Assembly: GCA_001776975.1 (NCBI GenBank)
Contig: MFCS01000025.1
Location: forward strand, 37,407-101,406
Source: Candidatus Daviesbacteria bacterium RIFCSPHIGHO2_01_FULL_41_45
GTDB lineage: Bacteria; Patescibacteriota; Microgenomatia; Daviesbacterales; UBA10151
Length of the DNA stretch: 64,000 nt
Direction of reading: 5' to 3'
Part shown: positions 29,988-40,273 of the stretch, in pieces
Layout: each line of letters opens with the position of its first letter
Numbering within the stretch: position 1 is the stretch's first letter
Notes under the pieces: model-generated
What the model saw: only the letters and a program-made list of their open reading frames with translations
What the model was told of the DNA's origin: nothing
Database searches by the model: none
Position numbers and translations under genes: made by a program

Positions 29988-31070
29988 CTAGGGAGGACAG
30001 CTACCACAAGATTGTAAACAAATATAAGCTAGGGCCACTCCAGCGCTATCATAACAGATGGCATTAGTTTGATTTTGATAACCCGCCTGTTCTGCCTCTG
30101 ACATACATTGAGCCGAGTTTGTTCCTTGTGGACACCCGGGGTAGGTAAAGGCTGGCGTAGGTGTTATTGAAGGACGAGGCGTAGGAGTGGCCAGCTCATC
30201 ACCCACCAAACTAAACCCTGAGCCATCAGTGGTTGGGGTAGGTGTCGCAAGTCTGGGAGTTGGGGTAAAAATTCTAATTACTCTCGGGGTTGGGGTGGCT
30301 GATAGTTGAGGCATCGGGGTTGGAGTATTAGCTGGAGTACTACTCCGCAGAAGGTTGGCAAGTGGTTGCAGTACTCCAATGGCAGTATCTATATTATCAA
30401 TTGCTTCTTCCACCGGACCTGATGAAGGCTGAGTTCCAGCAGGAATTACAACTACGGGAGCCTGTGGGGCTGTACTTGGTCTGGGAGTTGGGGTAATAGT
30501 CGAGCGGGGAATGGGACGTGGTGTAGCTGTAATAACTATAATGACCACCTCTGTTCCCTGTCTTTGAGGAACCTGAATTAAAACTGGTGGGGGGGTGGGT
30601 GTTGCAGGGACGGTTTCTGTCCTGGTAGAACTTGGTTGTTGGGATACTTGTGATTGAATATCTACCAGCTTTTTTCGTCTATCTTTTAACTCCTCCAACA
30701 TCTTATTGGCTAACTCTTTTTTTTGCTGTTGGTTCTGTAAATTTATAATCTCAGATGTGGCGATATCAGTTTGGGATATTAACTCTCGAAGAGTCTCAAC
30801 TGCCCTGGTATTATCACCTTTGGTAAATAATGCTGCTGACTCTTTAAACCTCCTTTGGGAAAAATCTACTCTAAAATAGGCTCTGGTAGACGGATGAACC
30901 GAAAAAACAGCAATAATCACGTCTTCTAACTTCCTTTTGATTGGATAGGTTGCATCTCCTGGAACAGCATTTTGCGAAGCTAACACTAATCCCGTTGGAA
31001 TCAACAGAACAAACATCGCCACCAAAAGCAATAGACTGAGCAGCTTCGCCATAATTTCAGAGACTACCAC
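29988..31070 (-). CDS. DUF5667-like exported protein with Pro/Thr-rich linker and Cys-rich tail
   Basis: AVPGDATYPIKR..E motif; TPTP repeats. Confidence 0.7.
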   Translation of the reverse strand: MVVSEIMAKLLSLLLLVAMFVLLIPTGLVLASQNAVPGDATYPIKRKLEDVIIAVFSVHPSTRAYFRVDFSQRRFKESAALFTKGDNTRAVETLRELISQTDIATSEIINLQNQQQKKELANKMLEELKDRRKKLVDIQSQVSQQPSSTRTETVPATPTPPPVLIQVPQRQGTEVVIIVITATPRPIPRSTITPTPRPSTAPQAPVVVIPAGTQPSSGPVEEAIDNIDTAIGVLQPLANLLRSSTPANTPTPMPQLSATPTPRVIRIFTPTPRLATPTPTTDGSGFSLVGDELATPTPRPSITPTPAFTYPGCPQGTNSAQCMSEAEQAGYQNQTNAICYDSAGVALAYICLQSCGSCPP

Positions 31071-31074
31071 TACA

Positions 31075-32163
31075 CTATACCAGGAATTTGTAGATATCGG
31101 ATAAAGCGACCAGTACCATCAAGGTTAATAGAATCACCATGCCAACAGTATGCACCCACTTCTCAAGGTTAGCATTAATTTTTCTTCTGGTAATCAACTC
31201 TACTAACATAAATAATATTCTGCCCCCATCCAAAGCCGGGAAAGGCAAAGAATTAAAGATAGTTAAAGTTAGAGAGATCACTCCCACAAACCACAGGTAA
31301 GGTATGGTCGCTTGCCAACCATTGGAGACAAAATTGTGAGCTACTGCCCCTATTTGAATGGGTCCAGCCACTGAAGCTGAGACTTGTTTGTAGTTTCCCT
31401 GCCCAACATCAGAAACTAATCTTCCTAAACCTTGAAAGGTTAAGCGGGTTATATCAAACGAGTAAGTAATACCTGAGAAAAATTTCTCCAGGGGAGTTTG
31501 GTATATCTTAAATGGGACCGGGGAAAAAGCCACCCCAATCCTACCTTCACCGTTTTCCATCAACTTTGGGATTACCTCTACCACTCTGGTGGTTTTACCG
31601 TCAACATCCGAGAGCGTTAAGCTCACCTGATTATTTGCCTGAGAACGGATTAATCTAACAGCGGTATCGACATTTTCTATCTGCACCGAATCAACCTTGG
31701 TAATCTTCTCTCCCACTCTTATACCCGCTTCTTTAGCAGGAAAATTATCACTCAACTCTGCCACCACCACAGCTGATTCCAGGGTTGGGTAAATTATTCT
31801 CCAGTTCTGATTAATTAAAACTATGTAAAATAACATCCAGGATAAAACCAGATTAACTACCACTCCTGCCCCAACTATTAAGATTCTTTGTCCTACTGGT
31901 TTGGTCGCAAACGATCTAGGGTCGCTACGGACAATCTTGTCTGCTTCGTCCTCACCCAAAAGCCTGACAAACCCTCCGATCGGCAAAGCATTAACTGATA
32001 CTCTCGTTTCACCAAACATCCTGGACCAAATTTTGGGAGGAATTCCAAATCCAAACTCTAATACCTTTACCCCAAACTTACGAGCCACTAAAAAATGTCC
32101 CAACTCATGGGAAACAACCAAAACTAGTAAGGTAATAGCAAAAACCACAATACTTACTAACAT
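31075..32163 (-). CDS. rseP: RIP metalloprotease RseP
   Basis: HELGH, PDZ domain, NSLPFPALDGG. Confidence 0.93.
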   Translation of the reverse strand: MLVSIVVFAITLLVLVVSHELGHFLVARKFGVKVLEFGFGIPPKIWSRMFGETRVSVNALPIGGFVRLLGEDEADKIVRSDPRSFATKPVGQRILIVGAGVVVNLVLSWMLFYIVLINQNWRIIYPTLESAVVVAELSDNFPAKEAGIRVGEKITKVDSVQIENVDTAVRLIRSQANNQVSLTLSDVDGKTTRVVEVIPKLMENGEGRIGVAFSPVPFKIYQTPLEKFFSGITYSFDITRLTFQGLGRLVSDVGQGNYKQVSASVAGPIQIGAVAHNFVSNGWQATIPYLWFVGVISLTLTIFNSLPFPALDGGRILFMLVELITRRKINANLEKWVHTVGMVILLTLMVLVALSDIYKFLV

Positions 32164-32717
32164 TAAATTTGCATTAACTCAGCTTCTTTTTGTTTTCCCA
32201 ACTCATCAATAATACCGATGCTTCTATCAATCAACTCCTGAAGAATCTTCGCTCTTCGATCAAACTCGTCCTCCCCAAAGACGTTACTTTCCATCTCCTG
32301 ACCCCAACCCTCCCTAATATCCTGCCTAATCTGTCTCACCTCAATCCGCACTCCCTCCATTTTTTGATGTGATAACTTGATATACTCGACCCTTCTTTCT
32401 TCTGTTAGCTGGGGAATGGGTAGTCTGATTAATGTTCCATCATTAGAGGGATTTAGACCTAAATTAGCCTCCTGAATACTTTTTATAACATCCTGCAAGA
32501 TTGAGACATCCCAAATTTGGACAGTTAATAAATTTGGTTGGGGAGCGCTAATCGTTCCTACCTCCAGTAACTTCATTGTGCCACCATAAGCTGAGACTGG
32601 AACATTCTCAATCAAAGATGGGTTGGCTCTACCAGCTCTGATGGATGATAACTCCACTTTTAAGTGTTCTAGGGCTGATTGGATTCGCTGGTGTGCTTCA
32701 ATAAGGACTGGATCCAT
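32163..32717 (-). CDS. frr: Ribosome recycling factor
   Basis: IRAGRANP, LGLNP, IPQLTEERR. Confidence 0.96.
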   Translation of the reverse strand: MDPVLIEAHQRIQSALEHLKVELSSIRAGRANPSLIENVPVSAYGGTMKLLEVGTISAPQPNLLTVQIWDVSILQDVIKSIQEANLGLNPSNDGTLIRLPIPQLTEERRVEYIKLSHQKMEGVRIEVRQIRQDIREGWGQEMESNVFGEDEFDRRAKILQELIDRSIGIIDELGKQKEAELMQI

Positions 32718-32752
32718 AACCTCATTATCTACGAACTATTCGTTATTTACAA

Positions 32753-33208
32753 TTATTGTCCCAAGACTATCCGTTCAAATCTGCCTATTTGGATATTCTC
32801 ACCCAGTTTAGCTACCACCGATTTAACCAAAATATCAATTGTTAACGAACTATCTCTAATGTATTCCTGAGTTAATAATTCCTCTACTGTTGAAGGGTTC
32901 ATAGAAGCTACCTGTAGCACCAACTCATGGGCTAAATTTTTAAAATCATCCGTTTTGGCCACAAAATCTGTCTCACACAAAAGTTCTAGTAAAACCCCAA
33001 CCTTACCATTATGTGAGTAAACCTCAACTACCCCATTTTTAACCTCTCTGTCTGATTTCGAGTTTGCTTTATCCAGGCCTTTTTTCTTTAAAACTTCTTT
33101 AGCTTGCGCCACATCTCCATCTGCTTCTTCTAACGCAGACCTGACATCGGCAATTCCTGCCCCAGTTTCTTCTCTAATTTTTTTGATGTCTTCAATATTT
33201 ACACTCAT
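32753..33208 (-). CDS. tsf: Elongation factor Ts (short form)
   Basis: IREETGAG, ELLCETDFVA, LGENI. Confidence 0.95.
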   Translation of the reverse strand: MSVNIEDIKKIREETGAGIADVRSALEEADGDVAQAKEVLKKKGLDKANSKSDREVKNGVVEVYSHNGKVGVLLELLCETDFVAKTDDFKNLAHELVLQVASMNPSTVEELLTQEYIRDSSLTIDILVKSVVAKLGENIQIGRFERIVLGQ

Positions 33209-33214
33209 GAATAT

Positions 33215-34057
33215 TTAGACTACTTTACGCTCTGACTCCGCCAAAACTTTTTTCTCAACTTCTTCTTCAGCCACTGCTACTTCTGTAGCAATTACCGCAC
33301 CTACTGTCTCCTCCGGTTTTGACTCTGAATCAGCTGGCTTAACTGTTCCCACAACGATACCCCCATCTTGTAATCCTTTGCCATAGCTGTCAGCCACAGC
33401 GTCTATTAAAATCTTTAATGATTTAGTAGCGTCATCATTACCCGGAATTGGGTGAGAAATGATTAAAGGATTAGAGTTAGAGTCAGAGATGGCCACCACC
33501 GGAATTCCCACCCTAGTTGCTTCATTTACTGCAGTTTTCTCCCCCACTGAATCTACAACAAAGATGGCTGCTGGGATTCCTTCCATACTGGCCACCCCAC
33601 CCCATTGAAGTTCAAACCTTACCAATTTACGAGTTATTAGCAGTTGTTCCTTTTTAGTATACCGGGTTAGCTCACCTTTGGCTTTTTCCTCTTTTAAGGC
33701 ATTTAGTTTGTTGATATTTTTCTTGATCTCATCAAAATTAGTTAACAACCCCCCCATCCATTTAAAGGTTACATAGGGGGCCTTAACTCTGGTGGCAGCT
33801 TCTTCAATCAATGGTTGAGCCTGCTTTTTACTTCCTACAAACAACAAGACCTTGCCATTTTTACCTAAATCATAAACAAACTCACAGGCCTCTTTTAATT
33901 TAGCCTCTGATTGTTCCAGGTTAATTATATGAACCCCATCGCGCTCACCAAAGATAAACCTCATCATCCGAGGGTCAGATCTTCTGGTTTGGTGCCCAAA
34001 ATGAACACCGGCCTCCAATAGCTCTTGCATGGTGGGAACTTTAATGGTACTTGGCAT
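33215..34057 (-). CDS. rpsB: 30S ribosomal protein S2
   Basis: LLEAGVHFGH, WMGGLLTN, PGNDD. Confidence 0.97.
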   Translation of the reverse strand: MPSTIKVPTMQELLEAGVHFGHQTRRSDPRMMRFIFGERDGVHIINLEQSEAKLKEACEFVYDLGKNGKVLLFVGSKKQAQPLIEEAATRVKAPYVTFKWMGGLLTNFDEIKKNINKLNALKEEKAKGELTRYTKKEQLLITRKLVRFELQWGGVASMEGIPAAIFVVDSVGEKTAVNEATRVGIPVVAISDSNSNPLIISHPIPGNDDATKSLKILIDAVADSYGKGLQDGGIVVGTVKPADSESKPEETVGAVIATEVAVAEEEVEKKVLAESERKVV

Positions 34058-34111
34058 AGGTTTTCCTTCAACACCTCCAACGTATGAATATTCAGGAAAA
34101 CAAAACGCTGG

Positions 34112-34957
34112 ATGTTAGATAAGGGTCATTCTATCAAACTCAAGCCTATAAAATCAAGACATTGCATCAATCAACTAAAAAGGCTTAAGGTAGGAGCAAT
34201 AAACTTTAAATTTATGCCTGAGATTTGTTTAACTGGTCAAATTGCCGATCTTTTCAGACTTCAACAAGAAGAAAACAAGCGCGATTTTATTCCCATAAAC
34301 GATTTCACTAGTCAGCACTCTGTTTTTAACGGTTTTTTGGCCTCCAGACTTTTTGGATCTATTTTAGCTGATTTGAAAACATCCTCATGCAGGACAGCGT
34401 TGTCTAATCCAAGTGTCTGGGAATATTTTTTTAAAGAACTGCGCGGACGAGTCTTCCAGGACTTAGCATTTTATAAACTAAGCAAGCAACAACCTGTGAA
34501 TCAGACGGTGTTATCACCCAAGCATACCCTTACCATTTTTCATACTCTATACCCTGATATACCCAAAAAGAAACACCGATTAGGATTAGACACCCTCCGA
34601 TCAGTCCCTCCACATGACGCACTAATTATCCGCGATATGGCAGGTATACCTATTACAATTGGGGCCTGTGAAATGACACTTCATGATGATCTTGGGAATT
34701 ATAGGCGCAAATACTCCTGGTATAAAAGACATAAAAGTCGGTCACCAGATCTAAGGTACGCTAAGTGTTTATTTATTGTTCCCCAGGGCACTAAATCTAC
34801 CCCGAAAGAAAAACCGACCTTACAGATTATATCTGTAGACTTTGATCGCATGAGGTTTAATTCGTTAATGGGAGAAGTTCTGCAAATCTCTGGAGACGCA
34901 TCTTTAGTCAAAGCTCATCTATTACATACATTAAGAAACAGAGTGTTACCTGGCTAA
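34112..34957 (+). CDS. Hypothetical protein (start may be ~34214)
   Basis: Long ORF; PHDALII...ACEMT weakly resembles a PD-(D/E)xK core. Confidence 0.55.
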   Translation: MLDKGHSIKLKPIKSRHCINQLKRLKVGAINFKFMPEICLTGQIADLFRLQQEENKRDFIPINDFTSQHSVFNGFLASRLFGSILADLKTSSCRTALSNPSVWEYFFKELRGRVFQDLAFYKLSKQQPVNQTVLSPKHTLTIFHTLYPDIPKKKHRLGLDTLRSVPPHDALIIRDMAGIPITIGACEMTLHDDLGNYRRKYSWYKRHKSRSPDLRYAKCLFIVPQGTKSTPKEKPTLQIISVDFDRMRFNSLMGEVLQISGDASLVKAHLLHTLRNRVLPG

Positions 34958-35436
34958 CTGCCTCTTTCCAAAGTCATATATTTATAACTGTAATCTCCTG
35001 ATTGATGATTCTCTTCTTCTATTACCTTATTAAACCCAGAATAATCCGGGAAATAAACATCACCATCTAAGTCTCCTTTTATGAGTGTTAAATAAATCCG
35101 CTCTACTTTATTCATTACCTGTTGGTAGATCTCACCTCCACCGATAATAAATATCTCCTGGGCTCCAGGATTACCTTGAGCTTGTTGTAGAGCCTGCTCT
35201 ACAGAGTTCACTACAATACACCCCTCTGCTTTATATGTTGCATCCCTGGTGATAATAATATTTGTCCTGTTTGGTAAAGGTCTGCCAATAGATTGATGAG
35301 TTTTCCTACCCATAATAATCGGGTGTCCAGTGGTAATATTTTTAAATCTTTTTAAATCCTCTGGGATGTACCAAGGTAACCCTCCTTTTTTCCCAATCAC
35401 CATATTTTCAGAAGCAGCAACAATAATACTAATCAT
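34954..35436 (-). CDS. folA: Dihydrofolate reductase
   Basis: LPWYIPEDL, MGRKT, RPLPNR, IIGGG. Confidence 0.97.
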   Translation of the reverse strand: MISIIVAASENMVIGKKGGLPWYIPEDLKRFKNITTGHPIIMGRKTHQSIGRPLPNRTNIIITRDATYKAEGCIVVNSVEQALQQAQGNPGAQEIFIIGGGEIYQQVMNKVERIYLTLIKGDLDGDVYFPDYSGFNKVIEEENHQSGDYSYKYMTLERGS

Positions 35437-35487
35437 TGATTCATTGTGGCAACACCGGGTGTTGATTAGCTTCTAACATCGGGTTAA

Positions 35488-35565
35488 TTACCTATTCCCA
35501 CCTCCAATGTAGGATGTTAACTTTTGGAAATCATAATTTCTGGAGTGGCATACATAAATTCTCAT
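35488..35565 (-). pseudogene. Short remnant resembling the N-terminus of a nucleoside 2-deoxyribosyltransferase-like gene
   Basis: MRIYVCHSRNYDFQKL... begins 2 nt after the thyA stop and ends after 25 codons. Confidence 0.4.
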
Positions 35566-35567
35566 TG

Positions 35568-36578
35568 TTAAATTGTTTTAGGTTTTCCTTCAAATAATCC
35601 ACCCGAGACAGAAAGCTCGGCTTTTAAAACTGGGTGGGGATCATAATTTAATAGTTGAACATGCTCTGGCTGAAAATCCTCAAGTGTGGTGAGCGCCGGA
35701 TTTAGTTGGATGGTTGGCAACTGTTTTGGGATTCTGATTAGCTGTTCTTTAGCTTGATCCAAATGATTTTCATAGATATGAACATCCCCAAAAGTATGGA
35801 CAAAATCACCTACTTCGTAACCAGTAACCCTTGCCAAAATTATAGTTAACAGTGCATAAGAAGCAATATTAAACGGTACCCCCAAAAAGATGTCGGCACT
35901 TCTCTGGTAAAGATGGAGTGACAGCTTTCCATCAATTTGATTAATTTGGAACATATTATGGCAGATCGGAAAACGGCAGGCATCCTCATAAGATGCCATA
36001 GTATAAAGGTACTCTGGATTCCAGGAATTAACGATACAATTGTGGGCATTTGGATCCTCAACAATCTCATTGATCGCCCATTTTAACTGGTCAATAGTTC
36101 TCCCCTCCGTTCTGGTTGGCCACTTCCTCCAAAGCTCTCCATAAATCCTCGGCAACTCTCCCCATTTTTTAGAAAATTTTGCATCACTGGTAATTTTTTC
36201 AATAAACTCATCTTTACTTAAAACCGGTAAAATATTATCCTCACAGAATTTTTTATAAATTTTGTAGGGGTAATCGTCCCATATGTGAACCCCGTTATCC
36301 AGTAAATATTTAATATTGCTGTCACCTTTTATAAACCAACACAGTTCATGCAAAACCCCTTTCCAAAACACCTTCTTAGTAGTTAAGAGTGGAAAGCCTT
36401 TTGAAAGGTCAAACCTTATCTGACGACCAAATAAAGAATAGGAGGCATCCCCAGTCCCTCGGTCAACTTTTCTAAACCCCGTTTCTAGGATCTCTTTTAA
36501 TAAATTCAAATATTGATGCTCCGGATGTTCAGTCTCGCTATGTAAATCTACACCATTACCTGCTTTTGTCTTTAACAT
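35568..36578 (-). CDS. thyA: Thymidylate synthase
   Basis: DRGTG, FPLLTTKK, PICH, YQRSAD..LGVPFN, HIYENH. Confidence 0.97.
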   Translation of the reverse strand: MLKTKAGNGVDLHSETEHPEHQYLNLLKEILETGFRKVDRGTGDASYSLFGRQIRFDLSKGFPLLTTKKVFWKGVLHELCWFIKGDSNIKYLLDNGVHIWDDYPYKIYKKFCEDNILPVLSKDEFIEKITSDAKFSKKWGELPRIYGELWRKWPTRTEGRTIDQLKWAINEIVEDPNAHNCIVNSWNPEYLYTMASYEDACRFPICHNMFQINQIDGKLSLHLYQRSADIFLGVPFNIASYALLTIILARVTGYEVGDFVHTFGDVHIYENHLDQAKEQLIRIPKQLPTIQLNPALTTLEDFQPEHVQLLNYDPHPVLKAELSVSGGLFEGKPKTI

Positions 36579-36579
36579 A

Positions 36580-37308
36580 CTACATTACTACTCCCAAACT
36601 GGGAGCAATCTCCTCTCTAAATAAAACGTGACTCCAAGCCTCTGGTTGAATCTGTCCACCTCTGGATAGGGCTAAGTACTCAGCAGGAGTAGTATACAGA
36701 TATCTAACATTCTCTCCTCCCTCTGTCCTAACCAACAACTCACTTTTGGGTAATATCAGGTCAATCCTACAAGCCAAACCTATGTGAACCTTGCTAATCT
36801 CATCAGTCTCATCCTTAATCAGTCCAGTAGGGGTAATTTTCATAACTTTTTTCATCGCTCTTAAATCTAACTTTCCATCAGTACCCATGAACTGTAACGG
36901 CTGTCCACCCACCCTTACCTCAGCCTCTTCATCCATCTCCCTATAAAAAGAATCTCCCAGTTTTAGATCACTTGGTTCAATATGTCCTCCAAGTCCTAAA
37001 GAAATCTTTCCAGCTAGCCTAGTCTCAGTATACTGCCCACCACCACCTCGCTGATACATTAAAAAACTATTATCTGGACGAATAACATATCCTACCAAAA
37101 TCAGTTGTTGCCACGATAAATCATTTTCTACGTTTTGTTCGCCATATCTTGGACGATACTCACCAACTCTATGTGCTAAATTCAGAAAACTTCGTAGAGT
37201 GCCCCGTTCATCCAATCGTTGATATAAAGATTGTCCATCACAATCTGCAGGAATAAATCCTGCTTCAACTAAGCTAGATCTCGGTATAGCGAAACACTCT
37301 TTAGCCAT
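36580..37308 (-). CDS. Nudix-fold phosphoesterase (COG4112-like)
   Basis: ETRLAGKISLGLGGHI, REMDEE, KVHIG; start probably ATG 37308. Confidence 0.75.
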   Translation of the reverse strand: MAKECFAIPRSSLVEAGFIPADCDGQSLYQRLDERGTLRSFLNLAHRVGEYRPRYGEQNVENDLSWQQLILVGYVIRPDNSFLMYQRGGGGQYTETRLAGKISLGLGGHIEPSDLKLGDSFYREMDEEAEVRVGGQPLQFMGTDGKLDLRAMKKVMKITPTGLIKDETDEISKVHIGLACRIDLILPKSELLVRTEGGENVRYLYTTPAEYLALSRGGQIQPEAWSHVLFREEIAPSLGVVM

Positions 37309-37309
37309 C

Positions 37310-37879
37310 TTAAACTTGTTGCTCCTTTTTGTGGGATGAGACCCTACCGCCTTGGTGCTGTCCGCGATAGGAGACAGTTTTGCCTGAAATTTGTAAAAAT
37401 ACCACATTACAAATCCTAGCTCCTAATTGAAGTTTGACCGGAAAAGGTCCTAAATTTGTTAACCCCATGGTTAACCCGCCCTGATAACCCGGATCGGTTT
37501 TAGTGTTTAATAACAATAGTCCAGCCCTAAAAAGACTACTCCTGACATAAACTATCGGCATTAAATCTTGTGGGGTATTTAAACTCTCCCAGGTTTGCAC
37601 TAAATAATAATCCCCTGGCTTAACTGTCAACGTCTTTTGATTATCCGAGTCTGGATCAAATCTATATATCTCTTTGGTAGTAACCCCTTTTCTTTTTCCT
37701 AACCCCACCTTCCCATCAGCTTCTATAAAAGCTCCACCTTTGATAATTTTGTGGACTGATCCCAACCGTAAATCTACCCCCACTCCTTCCGGGTTCTCTA
37801 ATTCCCTAGCTCCTAGATTCTCCAGCAATTTATCTTTTTTAATTCTTTTTAATACTTGATCTAACCCCAAAACAGCCAT
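37310..37879 (-). CDS. dCTP deaminase/dUTPase family protein
   Basis: GVDLRL, RSSLFRAG, DPGYQG, RICNVVF, YRGQHQ. Confidence 0.88.
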   Translation of the reverse strand: MAVLGLDQVLKRIKKDKLLENLGARELENPEGVGVDLRLGSVHKIIKGGAFIEADGKVGLGKRKGVTTKEIYRFDPDSDNQKTLTVKPGDYYLVQTWESLNTPQDLMPIVYVRSSLFRAGLLLLNTKTDPGYQGGLTMGLTNLGPFPVKLQLGARICNVVFLQISGKTVSYRGQHQGGRVSSHKKEQQV

Positions 37880-38611
37880 CTAAATTTTCACCTTTCTAAC
37901 CCCTGGTTCATCTGCCACAATCGGAGTATTACTCCCCCCATATCTACTGGTTGGGCGTTCCATATAACTTCTGTCCACTGAAGCTCCTAGCTTTTCAAAT
38001 GAGAAAGCACAGATCGGTGCACCCTCATAAATGACAATTTTTTTACCTCTTAAAAATGTACCAAACTCTAAAACTGGCGCCCCATCCCAACCTGGATCAA
38101 ATCTAGCAGCTGTTGAATGAACCACCACCCCTATTCTGGCCAAAGACGATTTACCATTAAGATGGCCTACTATATTGTCCGGTAAAGTTAACCTCTCTTT
38201 GGTAGTAGCTATCACAAAATCATTCTCGGTGAGAATAAAGGGTTGTCCCGGTTTTAAAACTACTGTTTTCATCATCTCCTCTATATCAGCTTTACTGGCA
38301 TGCTTAGTATCAATAGTGTCCAACCCTTCCCGGTTAAAAACCTTTAAAACATTCCCTAAATGAAAATCTATGGTTACCTCATCTACCTCCAACTCCCAAT
38401 TTTCTGGAAGGGGATCAATTTTAATCACTCCCTTTTTAATCAACTCCCGGATGGCCCAATCAGGTAAAGTTCCTGTTAAGTTACCTGCTGAAAGCGAAGT
38501 CTTATTCGACTCTTTTTGAGAAACTGTTTGTTTTAGAAACTGCAATATATCGGAGTTGCTGGGTCCAGACATATTCAAGCCATTGATGTTAGCCTTTTTT
38601 ATTCTTGGCAT
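37880..38611 (-). CDS. dcd: dCTP deaminase
   Basis: GKSSLARIG..VHSTA..DPGWDG..LE, SRY. Confidence 0.9.
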   Translation of the reverse strand: MPRIKKANINGLNMSGPSNSDILQFLKQTVSQKESNKTSLSAGNLTGTLPDWAIRELIKKGVIKIDPLPENWELEVDEVTIDFHLGNVLKVFNREGLDTIDTKHASKADIEEMMKTVVLKPGQPFILTENDFVIATTKERLTLPDNIVGHLNGKSSLARIGVVVHSTAARFDPGWDGAPVLEFGTFLRGKKIVIYEGAPICAFSFEKLGASVDRSYMERPTSRYGGSNTPIVADEPGVRKVKI

Positions 38612-38650
38612 AATCGAGTCTAACTAAGTTATACAAACTACTCAATATTT

Positions 38651-40267
38651 TCAAGTAGGCAAATGTACCTTACTGGCAGCTTGGATGAAACCTAAAAATA
38701 ACGGGTGGGGATTTAAAGGACGGCTTTTTAACTCTGGATGAAATTGGGTTCCCACAAAAAAAGGGTGTTTTTTAAGCTCTATTATCTCCACTAATTTTCC
38801 ATCAGGTGAGGTTCCCGAGATCGCCAAACCGTTTTTTAAAAACTCCTTCAGAAAATCATTGTTAAACTCAAAGCGGTGTCTGTGACGTTCTGAGATCTTT
38901 GGTCTTCCATAAAGTTTTCGCACCAAAGTCCCAGTTTTTAACTTACACTCCCAAGCCCCAAGTCTCATCGTCCCACCATAGTCTTTTTTTAGCAACTTTT
39001 TCTGCTGATCCGTCATCACATGAACCACCGGATATTTAGTATCAGGATCAATCTCGGTACTATTGGCTCCTAGATATCCCAAGACATTTCTGGCGTATTC
39101 AATTACCGCCATCTGTAATCCATAACAAAGACCAAAATAAGGCAGGTTATTCTCCCGGCAATATTTAACAGTTAAAATCTTTCCTTCTATATCCCGGGCT
39201 CCAAATCCGCCTGGAACAATAATTCCCTGGTAACCCTGTAAAAGCTCTGGATTTTTTTCCACCTTCCCGGAATCTAACCAAACCACCTCTGGCTTATACC
39301 CTAAGGTAAACGAGGCATGTTTTATCGCCTCAATCACCGAGATATAGGAATCGGTTAATACCCCACTCCCTGAGGTAAAATATTTTCCCACTATGCCAAT
39401 TTTCACTACCTTGTCTGCTTTTTCTGCCTTTTTAACAAAATCCCTCCAGAGTTTTAAGTTATTCTTTTTTCTCTTCAGCTTTAATTTTTTGAGAATTCTA
39501 TCTGTTAGATTCCCTTCCTCAAAGTTCAACGGGATATTATAGATATTATCTACATCAGGCGCTGCAATAATATCCTCCGCCTCGATGCCAGTATTAAAAG
39601 ACAATCTTTTAATTCTAGGCGCATCAATTGCCACCTCGGCCCGAGCTAGTAAAATATCCGGTTGAATACCTACTGAATTTAGCTCTTTGACACTCATCTG
39701 AACGGGCTTACTCTTCATCTCACCCAAAGTCCTAGGGATTGGTAGGTAGCTGATGTGGATATGAATCACATCGTCATGCTTCTTGAGTTTCAGCAGGCGG
39801 TTGGCTTCAAGAAACAAAACATTTTGGTACTCACCGGTAGTTCCTCCAATCTCCACTAAAACGATATCCGCGTTTTTATTCCTCCCAGCTTGATGAATCC
39901 GGTCAATAATTTCTTGGGTCACATTATGGATATCAACATAATCTCCGTCATACTCTAAATTTCTCTCTTTTTGGATAACCGATAAATAAATACTGCCTTG
40001 GGTGGCAATATTACTTGAATCAAGACTTTCATTCATAAATCTCTCGTAATGACCTAAATCCTGATCTGTTTCTTTACCATCATCTAAAACAAAAGTTTCC
40101 CCGTGCGCCAGCGGATTCATTGTCCCAGCATCAACATTTAAATAAGGATCCATTTTGATCACTGAGACCTTAAAGCCTGCTGATTTTAACAGTAGTCCAA
40201 TGGAGGCAGCAGCTATCCCTTTACCAATGCCTGATATCACACCACCAGAGACAAAAATATATTTCAT
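38651..40267 (-). CDS. pyrG: CTP synthase
   Basis: SGGVISGIGKG, DPYLNVDAGTM, GLCYG, QFHPE. Confidence 0.98.
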   Translation of the reverse strand: MKYIFVSGGVISGIGKGIAAASIGLLLKSAGFKVSVIKMDPYLNVDAGTMNPLAHGETFVLDDGKETDQDLGHYERFMNESLDSSNIATQGSIYLSVIQKERNLEYDGDYVDIHNVTQEIIDRIHQAGRNKNADIVLVEIGGTTGEYQNVLFLEANRLLKLKKHDDVIHIHISYLPIPRTLGEMKSKPVQMSVKELNSVGIQPDILLARAEVAIDAPRIKRLSFNTGIEAEDIIAAPDVDNIYNIPLNFEEGNLTDRILKKLKLKRKKNNLKLWRDFVKKAEKADKVVKIGIVGKYFTSGSGVLTDSYISVIEAIKHASFTLGYKPEVVWLDSGKVEKNPELLQGYQGIIVPGGFGARDIEGKILTVKYCRENNLPYFGLCYGLQMAVIEYARNVLGYLGANSTEIDPDTKYPVVHVMTDQQKKLLKKDYGGTMRLGAWECKLKTGTLVRKLYGRPKISERHRHRFEFNNDFLKEFLKNGLAISGTSPDGKLVEIIELKKHPFFVGTQFHPELKSRPLNPHPLFLGFIQAASKVHLPT

Positions 40268-40273
40268 AATTTG

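Noticed and set aside
30150-30620. Repetitive GGGGT/GGAGT tracts
   Set aside because: They encode the Pro/Thr linker of the DUF5667-like protein and are not a DNA repeat array.
34057-34112. Possible S2 autoregulatory leader hairpin (TCCAGCG...CGTTGGA)
   Set aside because: The stem is short and I cannot match it to a known S2 leader consensus by eye.
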